Below are positions 1 through 9,140 of a stretch of 64,000 bases of DNA, piece after piece; position 1 is the first letter of the stretch, and each line of letters starts with the position of its first letter. The notes under the pieces are model-generated. The model saw only the letters and a program-made list of their open reading frames with translations. It had not been told where the DNA came from and made no database searches. The position numbers and the translations under genes are program-made. This DNA comes from an uncultured Acidobacteriota bacterium (GTDB lineage: Bacteria > Acidobacteriota > Thermoanaerobaculia > Gp7-AA8): the NCBI GenBank assembly GCA_963741955.1, contig CAVUKB010000005.1, forward strand, positions 480,001 to 544,000, given 5' to 3'.

Positions 1-1
1 G

Positions 2-3000
2 TTCCGCATCGGCGACACCATGACCGTCACCTGGAACAACACCGCCGGCGGCGACAACAACAGCGACACCATCAGCGGCGTCACCTTCGACTTCTCCGCG
101 TTCGGCGGAGGTGCTGCCGTCGCGGCAACCAACAGCGCCGGCAGCTGGAGCGCGACCTACACCAGCTCGTCCTGCTCCATCAGCGGGCCGTCCCTGAACG
201 TCTCCGCGACCGCCACCGACGACGCCGGCAACTCCACCACAACCGCGAAGGCCGTCTCCTTCAATAAACTCTCGGGAACGCTCGCCCTCTCCAGCGCGAC
301 CTACTCGGTCAGCGAGAGCGGCGGCTCGGTGACCGTCACCGTCGACCGGACCGGCGGGAGCGATTGCACCGTCACCGTCGACTACGCGACCTCCGACGGA
401 ACCGCAAAGAGCACCGCCGCCGGCACAGGCACGCCCGACTACACCGCGACATCAGGAACGCTGACCTTCAATGCCGGCGTCACTTCACAGACCTTCGCCG
501 TCCCCGTCACCTCCGACGCCGTCTACGAAGGCGACGAGACGTTCACCGTCACCCTCACGAATCCGGGCGGCGGAGCGACGCTCGGCGGCACGGCGAGCGC
601 CACCGTCACCATCGTCGATGACGATCCGGCACCAGCGTTCTCCATCGGCGACGTCTCGCAGTCGGAGGGAGACAGCGGCACCACGGCATTCACGTTCACC
701 GTCACGAAGAGCGGCGCGACCGCAGTCAATGCCACCGTCGACGCGGCGAGCTCGGATGGAACGGCGACGACCGCCGATGCCGACTACGTCGCGCTCGGCA
801 CGACCACTGTCACCTTCGCGCCAACCGACCTCACGAAGACAGTGACCGTCAACGTGAACGGCGACACGACCTACGAGTCGGACGAGACGTTCGACGTGAA
901 TCTCTCCAATCCCACCGACGCCACCATCTCCGACAACCTCGGCGTCGGGACCATCGTCAACGACGACACCGCGCCCTCGTTCGCCATCGACGACGTCTCC
1001 CTCTCCGAAGGCAACAGCGGCACCACCGCATTCACCTTCACCGTCACGAAGAGCGGCACCACCGCCCTCCCCGCCACCGTAGACGTCGCATCCTCCGACG
1101 GGACCGCAACCGTCGCGGACAACGACTACGCCGCCCTCGCAACGACCACCCTCACGTTCGCGCCCGCCGATACGACGAAGACGGTCACCGTGAACGTCAC
1201 CGGCGACCAGCGCGTCGAGCTCGACGAGACCTTCAACGTGAACCTCTCCAATCCCGTCGACTCCACCATCTCGGACAGCCTCGGCGTCGGCACGATTCTC
1301 AATGACGACGCCGCCGGCGTCACCGTCACCCCCACCTCCGGTCTCGTGACGACCGAGGCCGGAGGCACCGCGACGTTCACCATCGTGCTGAATACGCAGC
1401 CTTCCGCTGACGTCACGTTCGGCCTCTCCTCGTCCGACACCACGGAGGGGACCGTGAATCCCGCCAGCGTCACGTTCACCGCCGTGAACTGGATCACGCC
1501 CCAGACGGTCACCATCACCGGCGTCGACGACACCATCATCGACGGCGACATCGCGTACACCATCACCACCGCGCCGGATACCGTCACCGCCGATCCCGAC
1601 TACCGCAATCTCGACCCGGCCGACGTCTCGGTCACCAACACCGACAACGACGCCGCCGGCGTCACCTTCTCGAAGAGCACCGTCAACACATCCGAGAGCG
1701 GAACGACCGACACCTACACCGTCGTACTCAACGCACAGCCAGCTGCAGACGTGACCCTCACCGTCACCTCGGGTGACACCACCGAGGGACTCCTCTCCGA
1801 CTCCGACGAGACGCTCCAGCCGGCAGTGACGCTGACATTCACTGCGGCGGACTGGAACGTCGCTCAGACGGTCACCGTGACCGGTCAGGACGACTCTCTG
1901 ACCGACGGCAATCAGACCTACGCCGTCTCCACCTCCAGCGCGAGCAGCGATTCGAACTGGAACGGCCTCACGATCGCGGACGTCACCGCGACGAACAGCG
2001 ACGACGACTCGCCGGGAGTGACCGTCGCTCCGATCACCGGTCTCATCACCACGGAGGCCGGCGGCACGGCGACGTTCACCGTCGTTCTCAATGCGCAACC
2101 TGCGGCGGACGTGTCGATCGACCTCTCCTCGAGCGACACCACCGAGGGACTCGTTTCGACCAACGGCGTGACGCAGCAGTCGAGCGTGACGCTCACGTTC
2201 ACTCCGGCCGCATGGAACGTCCCGCAGACCATCACCGTCCACGGTCAGGACGACTTCGTCACCGACGGCGATCAGGGCTACGCGGTCACCACGTCCGCCT
2301 CGACCTCGACGGACCCGCTCTGGAACGGACTCACCGTCGACGACGTCTCGGTGACGAACCAGGACGACGAGGTCTCCCAGGTCACCGTCACTCCGACCAG
2401 CGGCCTGGTCACGACCGAAGCCGGGGGCACCGCGACGTTCACCATCGTTCTGACCAGTCAGCCGATGCCCGGAACGGACGTGTCGATCCTTCTCTCTTCG
2501 AGCGACACCACCGAAGGAACCGTCTCTCCGTCGAGCGTGGTGTTCGATCCGACGAACTGGAACGTCCCGCAGACCGTGACGGCGGCCGGCGTCGACGACT
2601 CGGTCGACGACGGTGACCAGCCGTGGACTGTGGTGACCTCGGATGCCATCTCCGCCGACCCGACCTACAGTGGGCTAGGAGTGGCCGATCCGGGCGTGAC
2701 CAACATCGACGACGACTCGCGCGGCGTCACGGTCACCCCGACCAGCGGACTGACCACGACGGAAGCCGGCGGCACGGCCACATTCACCATCGTCCTCGAC
2801 TCGCAGCCACTGGCGGACGTCACGATCGGCGTCGGCTCGAGCGACGGCTCGGAGGGAGCGGTTTCTCCGGCGAACGTGGTCTTCACCGCGGCGAACTGGA
2901 ACGTTCCTCAGACGGTCACCGCGATCGGCGTGGACGATCTGATCGACGACGGCGACCAGGCGTGGACGATCGTCACCGCCAATGCCGTCTCGACCGATCC

Positions 3001-4009
3001 CGCTTACAACGGGCTTCCGGTCGCCGACGTGAGCGCGGTGAATCTCGACAACGACACCAGTGGCGTGACTGTCATGCCCAGCAGTGGACTCTCGACCACC
3101 GAGGCGGGAGGGAGTGGGAGCTTCACGATCGTGCTCGACACTCAGCCTGCGTCGAACGTCACCATCACCCTGAGCTCCAGCGACACCACGGAGGGGACGG
3201 TCTCACCGATCGCGGTGACGTTCACCAGCTCCAACTGGAACGTGCCGCAGAGCGTCACGGTGACGGGAGTGGACGACAACCTCGCGGACGGCGATCAGCC
3301 GTACACGATCGTCACTTCGACGACGGCGTCGGCGGATCCGACGTACGCGGGGCTTGCGGTACCGGACGTATCGGTCACCAACGTCGACGACGAGACGTCG
3401 GCGTCCGACAGCGACGGCGACGGAGTGCTGGACGTGACGGAGAATGCCGGACCAAACGGCGGCGACGCGAACGACGACGGCACCTCGGACTATCTCCAGC
3501 CGCAGGTGGCGAGCCTTCCGCCGGCGAGAGGTGGCGGATATCTGACCGTGATCTCGAGCTGCGAGCTGCGGGACGTCCGGACGCTGACGAAGGACTCGAT
3601 CGCGCCGACGCCTCTCACGTTCCCGTACGGGCTGGTCCAGTTCCGGATGCCGTGCGCGACCGCGGACATGCACATCCTCTATCACGCCGGGAGCGCGTGG
3701 CCGGACGCGACGCAGTACTGGAAACATGGCCCCACCACGCCGGGCGACACGTCGACCACGAAGTGGTACCAGCTCCCGGCCGTGACGTTCGACACGACCA
3801 CCGTGGCCGGATCCACAGTGGCGCGCGCGAACTTCACACTGACGGACGGCACGCTCGGCGACGACACCGGCGTCGACGGGGAGATCATCGACCAGGGCGG
3901 TCCGATCGCGCCCGCCTCGTCCGCCACGGCCATTCCGACCGCGTCGGGATGGGCGCTCCTTCTGATGGCGATGCTCCTCGCCGTGATCGCCGTCGTCCGT
4001 CTCCGCTAA
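2..4009 (+). CDS. Large surface protein/adhesin: Calx-beta domains, ~105-aa Ig-like repeats, choice-of-anchor-like domain and IPTL-CTERM sorting signal (5'-truncated by the window edge)
   Basis: Frame is open upstream of the ATG at 20. Calx-beta motifs (YATSDGTA..DY..GTLTF..E.DETF.V.L.NP); about 7 repeats of VTVTPTSGL.TTEAGGTATFT.VL...NWN.PQTVT; C-terminus IPTASGWALLLMAMLLAVIAVVRLR. Confidence 0.85.
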   Translation, partial: FRIGDTMTVTWNNTAGGDNNSDTISGVTFDFSAFGGGAAVAATNSAGSWSATYTSSSCSISGPSLNVSATATDDAGNSTTTAKAVSFNKLSGTLALSSATYSVSESGGSVTVTVDRTGGSDCTVTVDYATSDGTAKSTAAGTGTPDYTATSGTLTFNAGVTSQTFAVPVTSDAVYEGDETFTVTLTNPGGGATLGGTASATVTIVDDDPAPAFSIGDVSQSEGDSGTTAFTFTVTKSGATAVNATVDAASSDGTATTADADYVALGTTTVTFAPTDLTKTVTVNVNGDTTYESDETFDVNLSNPTDATISDNLGVGTIVNDDTAPSFAIDDVSLSEGNSGTTAFTFTVTKSGTTALPATVDVASSDGTATVADNDYAALATTTLTFAPADTTKTVTVNVTGDQRVELDETFNVNLSNPVDSTISDSLGVGTILNDDAAGVTVTPTSGLVTTEAGGTATFTIVLNTQPSADVTFGLSSSDTTEGTVNPASVTFTAVNWITPQTVTITGVDDTIIDGDIAYTITTAPDTVTADPDYRNLDPADVSVTNTDNDAAGVTFSKSTVNTSESGTTDTYTVVLNAQPAADVTLTVTSGDTTEGLLSDSDETLQPAVTLTFTAADWNVAQTVTVTGQDDSLTDGNQTYAVSTSSASSDSNWNGLTIADVTATNSDDDSPGVTVAPITGLITTEAGGTATFTVVLNAQPAADVSIDLSSSDTTEGLVSTNGVTQQSSVTLTFTPAAWNVPQTITVHGQDDFVTDGDQGYAVTTSASTSTDPLWNGLTVDDVSVTNQDDEVSQVTVTPTSGLVTTEAGGTATFTIVLTSQPMPGTDVSILLSSSDTTEGTVSPSSVVFDPTNWNVPQTVTAAGVDDSVDDGDQPWTVVTSDAISADPTYSGLGVADPGVTNIDDDSRGVTVTPTSGLTTTEAGGTATFTIVLDSQPLADVTIGVGSSDGSEGAVSPANVVFTAANWNVPQTVTAIGVDDLIDDGDQAWTIVTANAVSTDPAYNGLPVADVSAVNLDNDTSGVTVMPSSGLSTTEAGGSGSFTIVLDTQPASNVTITLSSSDTTEGTVSPIAVTFTSSNWNVPQSVTVTGVDDNLADGDQPYTIVTSTTASADPTYAGLAVPDVSVTNVDDETSASDSDGDGVLDVTENAGPNGGDANDDGTSDYLQPQVASLPPARGGGYLTVISSCELRDVRTLTKDSIAPTPLTFPYGLVQFRMPCATADMHILYHAGSAWPDATQYWKHGPTTPGDTSTTKWYQLPAVTFDTTTVAGSTVARANFTLTDGTLGDDTGVDGEIIDQGGPIAPASSATAIPTASGWALLLMAMLLAVIAVVRLR

Positions 4010-4394
4010 AACGCGATCCGCATGGGGGCGCCACGGTTCTCGCCGTGGCGCCCTCGGCGTCACTCCGAGGACCGCAAGCCTGTTTCCTTCACCCATCCCC
4101 GAACTGCAAACTCGGCGGGGAGCAGGCTTATAGCGTGCTCTTTCGTCCCCAACGAGTATGCGCGAATCACCACCGTCCTCCAGCCCGGAGGACGCGAGCT
4201 CGTGCAGCCCCCGGCGTGAGCCGGGGGGGCCGCTCGGGCTCAGAAGAAAAGGTGTGAGCCCCCTGTGAAGGGGGCGGAACGAACGCTTGCGGCAGCACCC
4301 CCGAAACCTGGATTCGAGGCCCTTCCGCTCCCGCCTCGTACCTTCGTCCAAATCCGGCTCTTCAGCCGACGTACCCGCAGATCCCGCCTGACCG

Positions 4395-4598
4395 TCATTC
4401 CCCCGATAGATCCCACACCCGTTCGTGCGGGCGCAAGGCTCGCCTCCGGGCGATCAGAGGGAGGGCGATCCTCTGCAGTTCCACCACGATTCGGACCTTT
4501 TCCGGAAGTGGAAGTGCGCGACGCTCTGCGCGGAGCTCTTCCTTCCCGCGGCGGAGGCGCTCCATCAGTTGCTCCGGAGTCTCCCGACTCGACATCAT
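4395..4598 (-). CDS. Small basic helical protein (67 aa) coupled to the upstream nucleotidyltransferase
   Basis: MMSSRETPEQLMERLRRGKEELRAERRALPLPEKVRIVVELQ...; its ATG overlaps the upstream TGA (ATGA, 4595-4598). Confidence 0.6.
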   Translation of the reverse strand: MMSSRETPEQLMERLRRGKEELRAERRALPLPEKVRIVVELQRIALPLIARRRALRPHERVWDLSGE

Positions 4599-5083
4599 TC
4601 CTCCGGAAGTCGCAGGCCGAATCGCTCGGCCAGTGACACCAGACGTCGCCGATCGACGACGCCGTCCTCCAGCATCGATCGAACCCGGGCAATGCGTTTC
4701 GAAGATCGCGCCGACGACTCCAGTGACAGCGCAGCAAGGTATTCCGGGAGCATGACGCGGACCGGAACACCGTCGTAGTCCAGCGTCGCCGCCGTCTGAA
4801 TCGCCTCCTCCACGAGATCCGAATGCGCCGGGATGACCTGCACGGGTGTTCCGGCGATCATCAGATGTTCGTGCTCTGCCGCATATCCATGGCCTTTCGC
4901 CCAGTCGTAGACGCCGGAGAGGGAAATGCGCGATCCGCTCGCCGGCAGCGTCACGAAGACGTCGAGGTCGAAGGTCGTCACCGGATCGGCCCGGAACGAA
5001 AGCGCCATCGCACCACCGATGGCGTATTCGGTCACGGTCCCATCGCCCCGCATCGCGTTGATCGCCTCGAGAGTTCTCTTCAC
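4595..5083 (-). CDS. Pol-beta-superfamily nucleotidyltransferase-like protein
   Basis: YAIGGAMA...TTFDLDVFV (GG-x-A ... DxD signature); 162 aa. Confidence 0.7.
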   Translation of the reverse strand: MKRTLEAINAMRGDGTVTEYAIGGAMALSFRADPVTTFDLDVFVTLPASGSRISLSGVYDWAKGHGYAAEHEHLMIAGTPVQVIPAHSDLVEEAIQTAATLDYDGVPVRVMLPEYLAALSLESSARSSKRIARVRSMLEDGVVDRRRLVSLAERFGLRLPEE

Positions 5084-5853
5084 TTGTCGACCTTCCGGGG
5101 AGATCCGTCGTGGACCGAAATCCCTCGCCGGATATTATGCCGAATCCTCTCGCGCAGGATACGGAGGTTGCCCGCGTCGTCTCGGAGCCTCGGCCACGCG
5201 GACAAACTCGCCCGCGCCTCAACCCGCGGCGGAAAGTACAAGACCCCTGTCCGCCCTTCCCACGGTCCCCATCCATGCCACGACGACCGTGACCGCCGAG
5301 ACGGGCTGCGGCTCGAAATCGTCGTGGTCTCCGCACGGGCAGGTCGCGCCGCTCATCCCGGACATTCGTGCTCCAAAACTTCGGTACTCCGTCCCCACAA
5401 AGCACCCACTCCCTCGCGCCGCCCTCCTATTCCCGTCCGGGGTCACGTCTTCAGCCGCGGTCCGAGTTCGGTGACAGCGTCAGGGTGAAGGGCAACTCGA
5501 AAGTCGGATTCCACGCCGTAGCCACCCGCCTCGTGCCACGGAGCACCTCACGCCATTGCCACACGTCTCTCCGAGTGCACGCGCCATCTCACCGACAATG
5601 CCGCTCCTCTCGTCTCCCTCGATGGAGGTAAAATGCTCCCAAATGCGACTCCCCCTCGGCGCACTCGCGTACACCGAAGGGGACGGAGTCCGTCCAGCGG
5701 CGGGCGCAGAAGCGGGATCGCCGCTCGAAACCCAGGACGCCTCCGCCGAAACCGACAGTCGATTCCCGCCGACCGTCCCACCGTCGCGCAGCCGCCCTCA
5801 CGCCAGGCCTGGCTCCGCCGAATCCGGAACCGCACCCATTTTCGTGAATCATT

Positions 5854-6027
5854 TTATCGGACCGAAAATGTCCGGACGAAACCGGACATTCCGAAGAACG
5901 AAACGAAGAACCTGTTTCCTTTCAACAGCTTCGACCGAACTATACGAACGGACCGCGGAATGTTATCGGACAAAAACTGTCCGGTTTCACGATTTTCGTT
6001 AGGTCCACTACAATCCCTTAAACAGTA
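5854..6027 (+). promoter_or_regulatory. AT-richer array leader with two 22-bp direct repeats; possible attI/Pc-like region
   Basis: TTATCGGACCGAAAATGTCCGG (5854-5875) and TTATCGGACAAAAACTGTCCGG (5963-5984); GTTAGGT at 5998-6004; CCCTTAAACAGTA just before the GTT at 6028. Confidence 0.35.
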
Positions 6028-6131
6028 GTTGAACGAAGCCGCTGCAGGCGACGAAGACGCGGCACACCATCTGTCGTAAATTGTTTGGCCAGCTCGGCCG
6101 CGTCTTCGCGCCTGAGCTCTATACGTTAGGC
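6028..6131 (+). other. attC-like recombination site 1 (atypical left box)
   Basis: GTTGAAC-GAAGCC-GCTGCAG-GCGACGAAGACGCGGC ... GCCGCGTCTTCGCGC-CTGAGC-TCTATAC-GTTAGGC; paired arms with an extra base in the L box. Confidence 0.75.
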
Positions 6132-6164
6132 GGCGCTAGAATGCTTACCATGAACGGAGGTTAT

Positions 6165-6521
6165 GTGCGACAGATTGTCACGGTTCTTTTCGCCATCTTC
6201 CTGCTTGCCGGTTGCGCCTCGGGTCCTGGTGGCGAGCTTCTGCCGAATGGGACGATCACTCCTTGCGGCGGACACCATACAGACCCGCAAGCCTGCGGCA
6301 ACGCGACATTCAACGCGCGCGTTATCGGGAAAGTCCAGGTCGGCCAGTCGAAGCAAGACGTTCGGGCGATCATGCAGCACGACCCCGAGCGGCGCGAAAT
6401 ATCCGCAAACGTGGAAACTTGGTCGTACATCACGGATTACCCGTCCGAGCTCGTAACGGAAATTGTGTTCACGGACGGCAAAGTTACGGGCCTGAAGCAG
6501 GCGCCGTGGCACACCGACTAG
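6165..6521 (+). CDS. Cassette-borne lipoprotein, SmpA/OmlA(BamE)-like fold
   Basis: GGAGG then GTG; lipobox LLAGC; VQVGQSKQDVRAIM..P...ETWSY...IVFTDGKV pattern; bounded by a perfect 15-bp inverted pair GTTAGGCGGCGCTAG (6125-6139)/CTAGCGCCGCCTAAC (6518-6532). Confidence 0.75.
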   Translation: MRQIVTVLFAIFLLAGCASGPGGELLPNGTITPCGGHHTDPQACGNATFNARVIGKVQVGQSKQDVRAIMQHDPERREISANVETWSYITDYPSELVTEIVFTDGKVTGLKQAPWHTD

Positions 6522-6525
6522 CGCC

Positions 6526-6648
6526 GCCTAACTCATAGGACTCTTTACCGCATCCGAACTGGCACGGCTCACGTTCGCGCGGTGAGTGTCAGGACGCGGA
6601 GGTCGCGTTCGCTCGCCTAACAGGATGCGGAAAAGAGTTCAGTTGGAC
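6526..6648. other. attC-like hairpin site 2 (atypical; fits in either orientation)
   Basis: GCCTAAC..GGACTCTTTACCGCATCC ... GGATGCGGAAAAGAGTTC.A.GTTGGAC (arms 16/18 complementary); the bottom strand reads GTCCAAC...GTTAGGC. Confidence 0.6.
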
Positions 6649-6892
6649 GAAGCCGCGACGCCATGGGTGGAGTATCGAAGCGGGAGGGCGGCGGAGGGAG
6701 TGGCCGGCGGACGAATCGATGCCGAAGCGCGCGATTCGAGCGTGAATAATCGCGATGATGGGCATGATTCGGCCCGTGTTGCGAGGCGGGTCGGTCGGCG
6801 AGACGTCGCAAAACCGACGGACGCGCAGAGCTGCCGCAGAGCAACCGGATTCGGCCGTCGCAGGATGTCGAGGCGAATGGTCATCGCGAGTC

Positions 6893-8026
6893 TCATGAGC
6901 TATCGAACCACGTCCTGGGGATGTACGGGGCGACGCGCGCGATGATCGACATGACGCCGGTGCCGCATTCGGGACAGAGACGTTGCGGCGCGGGCCGAGG
7001 ATCGCGCGGGCGCAACTTCGAAGCGATCATGTTGCGGGCGAGCTCGATGTTGTGGTGCCGGAGGCGATTGGCGAGGAAGCCAAAGTAGCGGATCCTTACG
7101 AATCGCGACGGGACGATGTGCATTGCGAAGCGGCGGAGGAACTCTGTCGCCGTGAGAGTGGCAGTCCTGGCGGCGTAATGGTTGGCGTAGTCGTGCCACG
7201 TGAACGTGACGCTCTTACCGTCGAAGGCCAGAATGCGGCGGTTGCTGATGGCAATACGGTGCGTATAGGACGATAGATAGGCGAGCACCTGATCCGGTCC
7301 ACCGAACGGCTTCTTGACATAGGCGTGCCAGTCGGTGCGACACGAGAGGCACAGAAGCTGTTCGAGCGCGGGGGCATCGGGAATCGACGGCGGCAGGGTC
7401 ATCTCTCCACTCGCGAGTGCTTCGCGGATGGCGGTCGTGACGAGCGAGCGGAAACGACGCGAGATGACCTTGACGGCGAGTAGGAACGAGAGCTTGCGCA
7501 CGCGCACCCATCGCGCGCCGTCGAGCGAGAAGCCGCCGCCGGTGACGACGCAATGGACATGCGGATGAAACGGCAGCTGCTGGCCCCAGGTGTGGAGCAT
7601 GGCGGTGACGCCGAGAGTCGCTCGGAGCTTGGTCTGGCCGACGTCGATGAGCGCGCGGCCTGCTGCGCGGAGCAGGATCGCATAGACGACCGCCGGCGCG
7701 TGAATCGCGAGCCCATTGAGCTCCTCGGGGATCGTGAAGGCGGCGTGGAAGTACGGCGTTGGGAGTACCTCGCTGCGGCGCGCCTCGACCCACGCGGCTC
7801 GCGCCGCAGCGCCACAGAGAGGACAGTGGCGGTTGCGGCACGAGTTCCATTGCGTCTGCTCGTGACCGCAGGAGGCGCAGCGATTGCGATGGCCGCCGAG
7901 AGCGGGCGTGCGGCAGTCCGCAATTGCGCGGAACGTGCGGAGCTGGTGCGGAGACAGACTCTGCGAAGCGAGCAGCTCTCCGGCTTTAGCGCGCACGATC
8001 GCACCGAGAGTCGGCGCGGAGTCCAT
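6893..8026 (-). CDS. IS91-family (Y2 HUH) transposase with N-terminal Zn-binding domain
   Basis: CRTPALGGH..CASCG..NSCRNRHCPLC; LHTWG; HUH motif HPHVH; YLSSY; RIRYFGFLAN; C-terminal CPEC. Confidence 0.92.
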   Translation of the reverse strand: MDSAPTLGAIVRAKAGELLASQSLSPHQLRTFRAIADCRTPALGGHRNRCASCGHEQTQWNSCRNRHCPLCGAAARAAWVEARRSEVLPTPYFHAAFTIPEELNGLAIHAPAVVYAILLRAAGRALIDVGQTKLRATLGVTAMLHTWGQQLPFHPHVHCVVTGGGFSLDGARWVRVRKLSFLLAVKVISRRFRSLVTTAIREALASGEMTLPPSIPDAPALEQLLCLSCRTDWHAYVKKPFGGPDQVLAYLSSYTHRIAISNRRILAFDGKSVTFTWHDYANHYAARTATLTATEFLRRFAMHIVPSRFVRIRYFGFLANRLRHHNIELARNMIASKLRPRDPRPAPQRLCPECGTGVMSIIARVAPYIPRTWFDSS

Positions 8027-8030
8027 CGAC

Positions 8031-8879
8031 CTAACGCTTCTTTGGGGGCGTGATGTGATCGAGTGGGCTGCCGATCTTGCCGGGCGTCACGTGCGTATAG
8101 GTCTGGGTGGTGCGGAGGTGCGCGTGCCCCATCGCGACCTGAATCATCGGCATCGGCTCGCCCTGCTCCATCAGATGCGTGGCGAAGGAGTGGCGCAGGG
8201 TGCGGTGACAGACGTGCTTGGTCAGGCCGGCGCGGCGCACGGCGATGCGTAAGGCGCGCTGGAACGTGGAGTGGTTGATCGGCCGGGAAGGATCCTTCCG
8301 GATGGGGAACAGCAGATCGCGAGGACGTGTCTCCCGCCACCACTCGCGCAGCAGCTCGAGGGCGATCGGCGAGAGCGGCGCGTAACGATCCTTGAGGCCT
8401 TTGCCCTGCCGCACGCGGATGAGCATGCGCGAAGAATCGATGTCGCCGACCGAGAGCCGGCACACTTCACCAAGGCGCAGGCCGGCCGAGTACGTCACGG
8501 TGATGAGTACGCGATCGCGCAGAGTCTCGGCGGCATCGATGAGCCGCAGGACCTCCTCGGGGGCCAGGACGACGGGAAGGCGACGCTCGCGGTGCATGAA
8601 GGGGATGCGCTCGACCATCTCCTCGCGCCCCAGGACCTTGCAGTAGAAGAGGCGGAGTGCGGACATCACCTGATTGAAGAAGCTGAACGAAGCGTGACGC
8701 TCATCGCGAAGGTGGAGCTGATAGGTGAGGATCTCGTTAGGACCGAGCGTGTCGGGAGAAGCATGAAAGAAGGCCGCGAACTTCGCGACCGCGCCGAGGT
8801 AGGTCTTCTGTGTCCGTTCCGAGTAGTTGCGGACGCGCATGAAGTCGTGCATCCGTTGACGAAGGGGTGAAGTGGCCAT
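8031..8879 (-). CDS. Tyrosine recombinase with integron-integrase-like N-terminal SAM domain (no IntI-specific insertion)
   Basis: RNYSERTQKTY; RLPVVLAPEEV; GLRLGE; GKGLKDR; TLRHSFATHL; MGH; TQTYTHV; 282 aa. Confidence 0.92.
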   Translation of the reverse strand: MATSPLRQRMHDFMRVRNYSERTQKTYLGAVAKFAAFFHASPDTLGPNEILTYQLHLRDERHASFSFFNQVMSALRLFYCKVLGREEMVERIPFMHRERRLPVVLAPEEVLRLIDAAETLRDRVLITVTYSAGLRLGEVCRLSVGDIDSSRMLIRVRQGKGLKDRYAPLSPIALELLREWWRETRPRDLLFPIRKDPSRPINHSTFQRALRIAVRRAGLTKHVCHRTLRHSFATHLMEQGEPMPMIQVAMGHAHLRTTQTYTHVTPGKIGSPLDHITPPKKR

Positions 8880-8985
8880 GACCGATCTCCTTTCATTGAG
8901 ATTCGGTCAGTGGATCACCCCGGACCCTTCGTCGCTACCCGCGCACCCGCCGGGAGGCCGGGCGGCTATGCCGCGCAGCGGCTTC

Positions 8986-9091
8986 GTTCAACAAGCGCTT
9001 GCAGTGGTCCCGGCCCGCTTCGTTCCTGCGTGGCAGCTGGTTTACCGTTGCGCGTCGCGGGCCGGGCGGCTGAGGCGCTGGTCCGTTGGGC
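8986..9091 (+). other. attC site 3
   Basis: GTTCAAC-AAGCG-CTTGCAG..CCCGGCCCG ... CGGGCCGGG..CTGAGG-CGCTGGTCC-GTTGGGC. Confidence 0.8.
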
Positions 9092-9140
9092 TGACCGAAG
9101 GACGGCGCGAAATCAGAAACGTGTGAGAACATCATCTCCG

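Larger units (their letters stand above)
6642..8992 (-). mobile_element. IS91-like element: tyrosine recombinase + Y2 HUH transposase, 15-bp imperfect terminal inverted repeats
   Basis: Ends GTTGGACGAAGCCGC (6642-6656) and GCGGCTTCGTTCAAC (8978-8992), 14/15 inverted match; two co-oriented genes 4 bp apart. Confidence 0.8.

Noticed and set aside
8031-8879. Calling the recombinase an integron integrase (intI)
   Set aside because: Only 282 aa, lacks the IntI-specific insertion between the KDR and HxLRH regions, is paired with an IS91 transposase, and lies inside the array rather than at its head.
8910-9140. N-terminal 77 aa of ORF 8910-10181 (and of 10150-10644, 10563-11150)
   Set aside because: These extensions read through attC sites; real starts should lie downstream of GTTGGGC.
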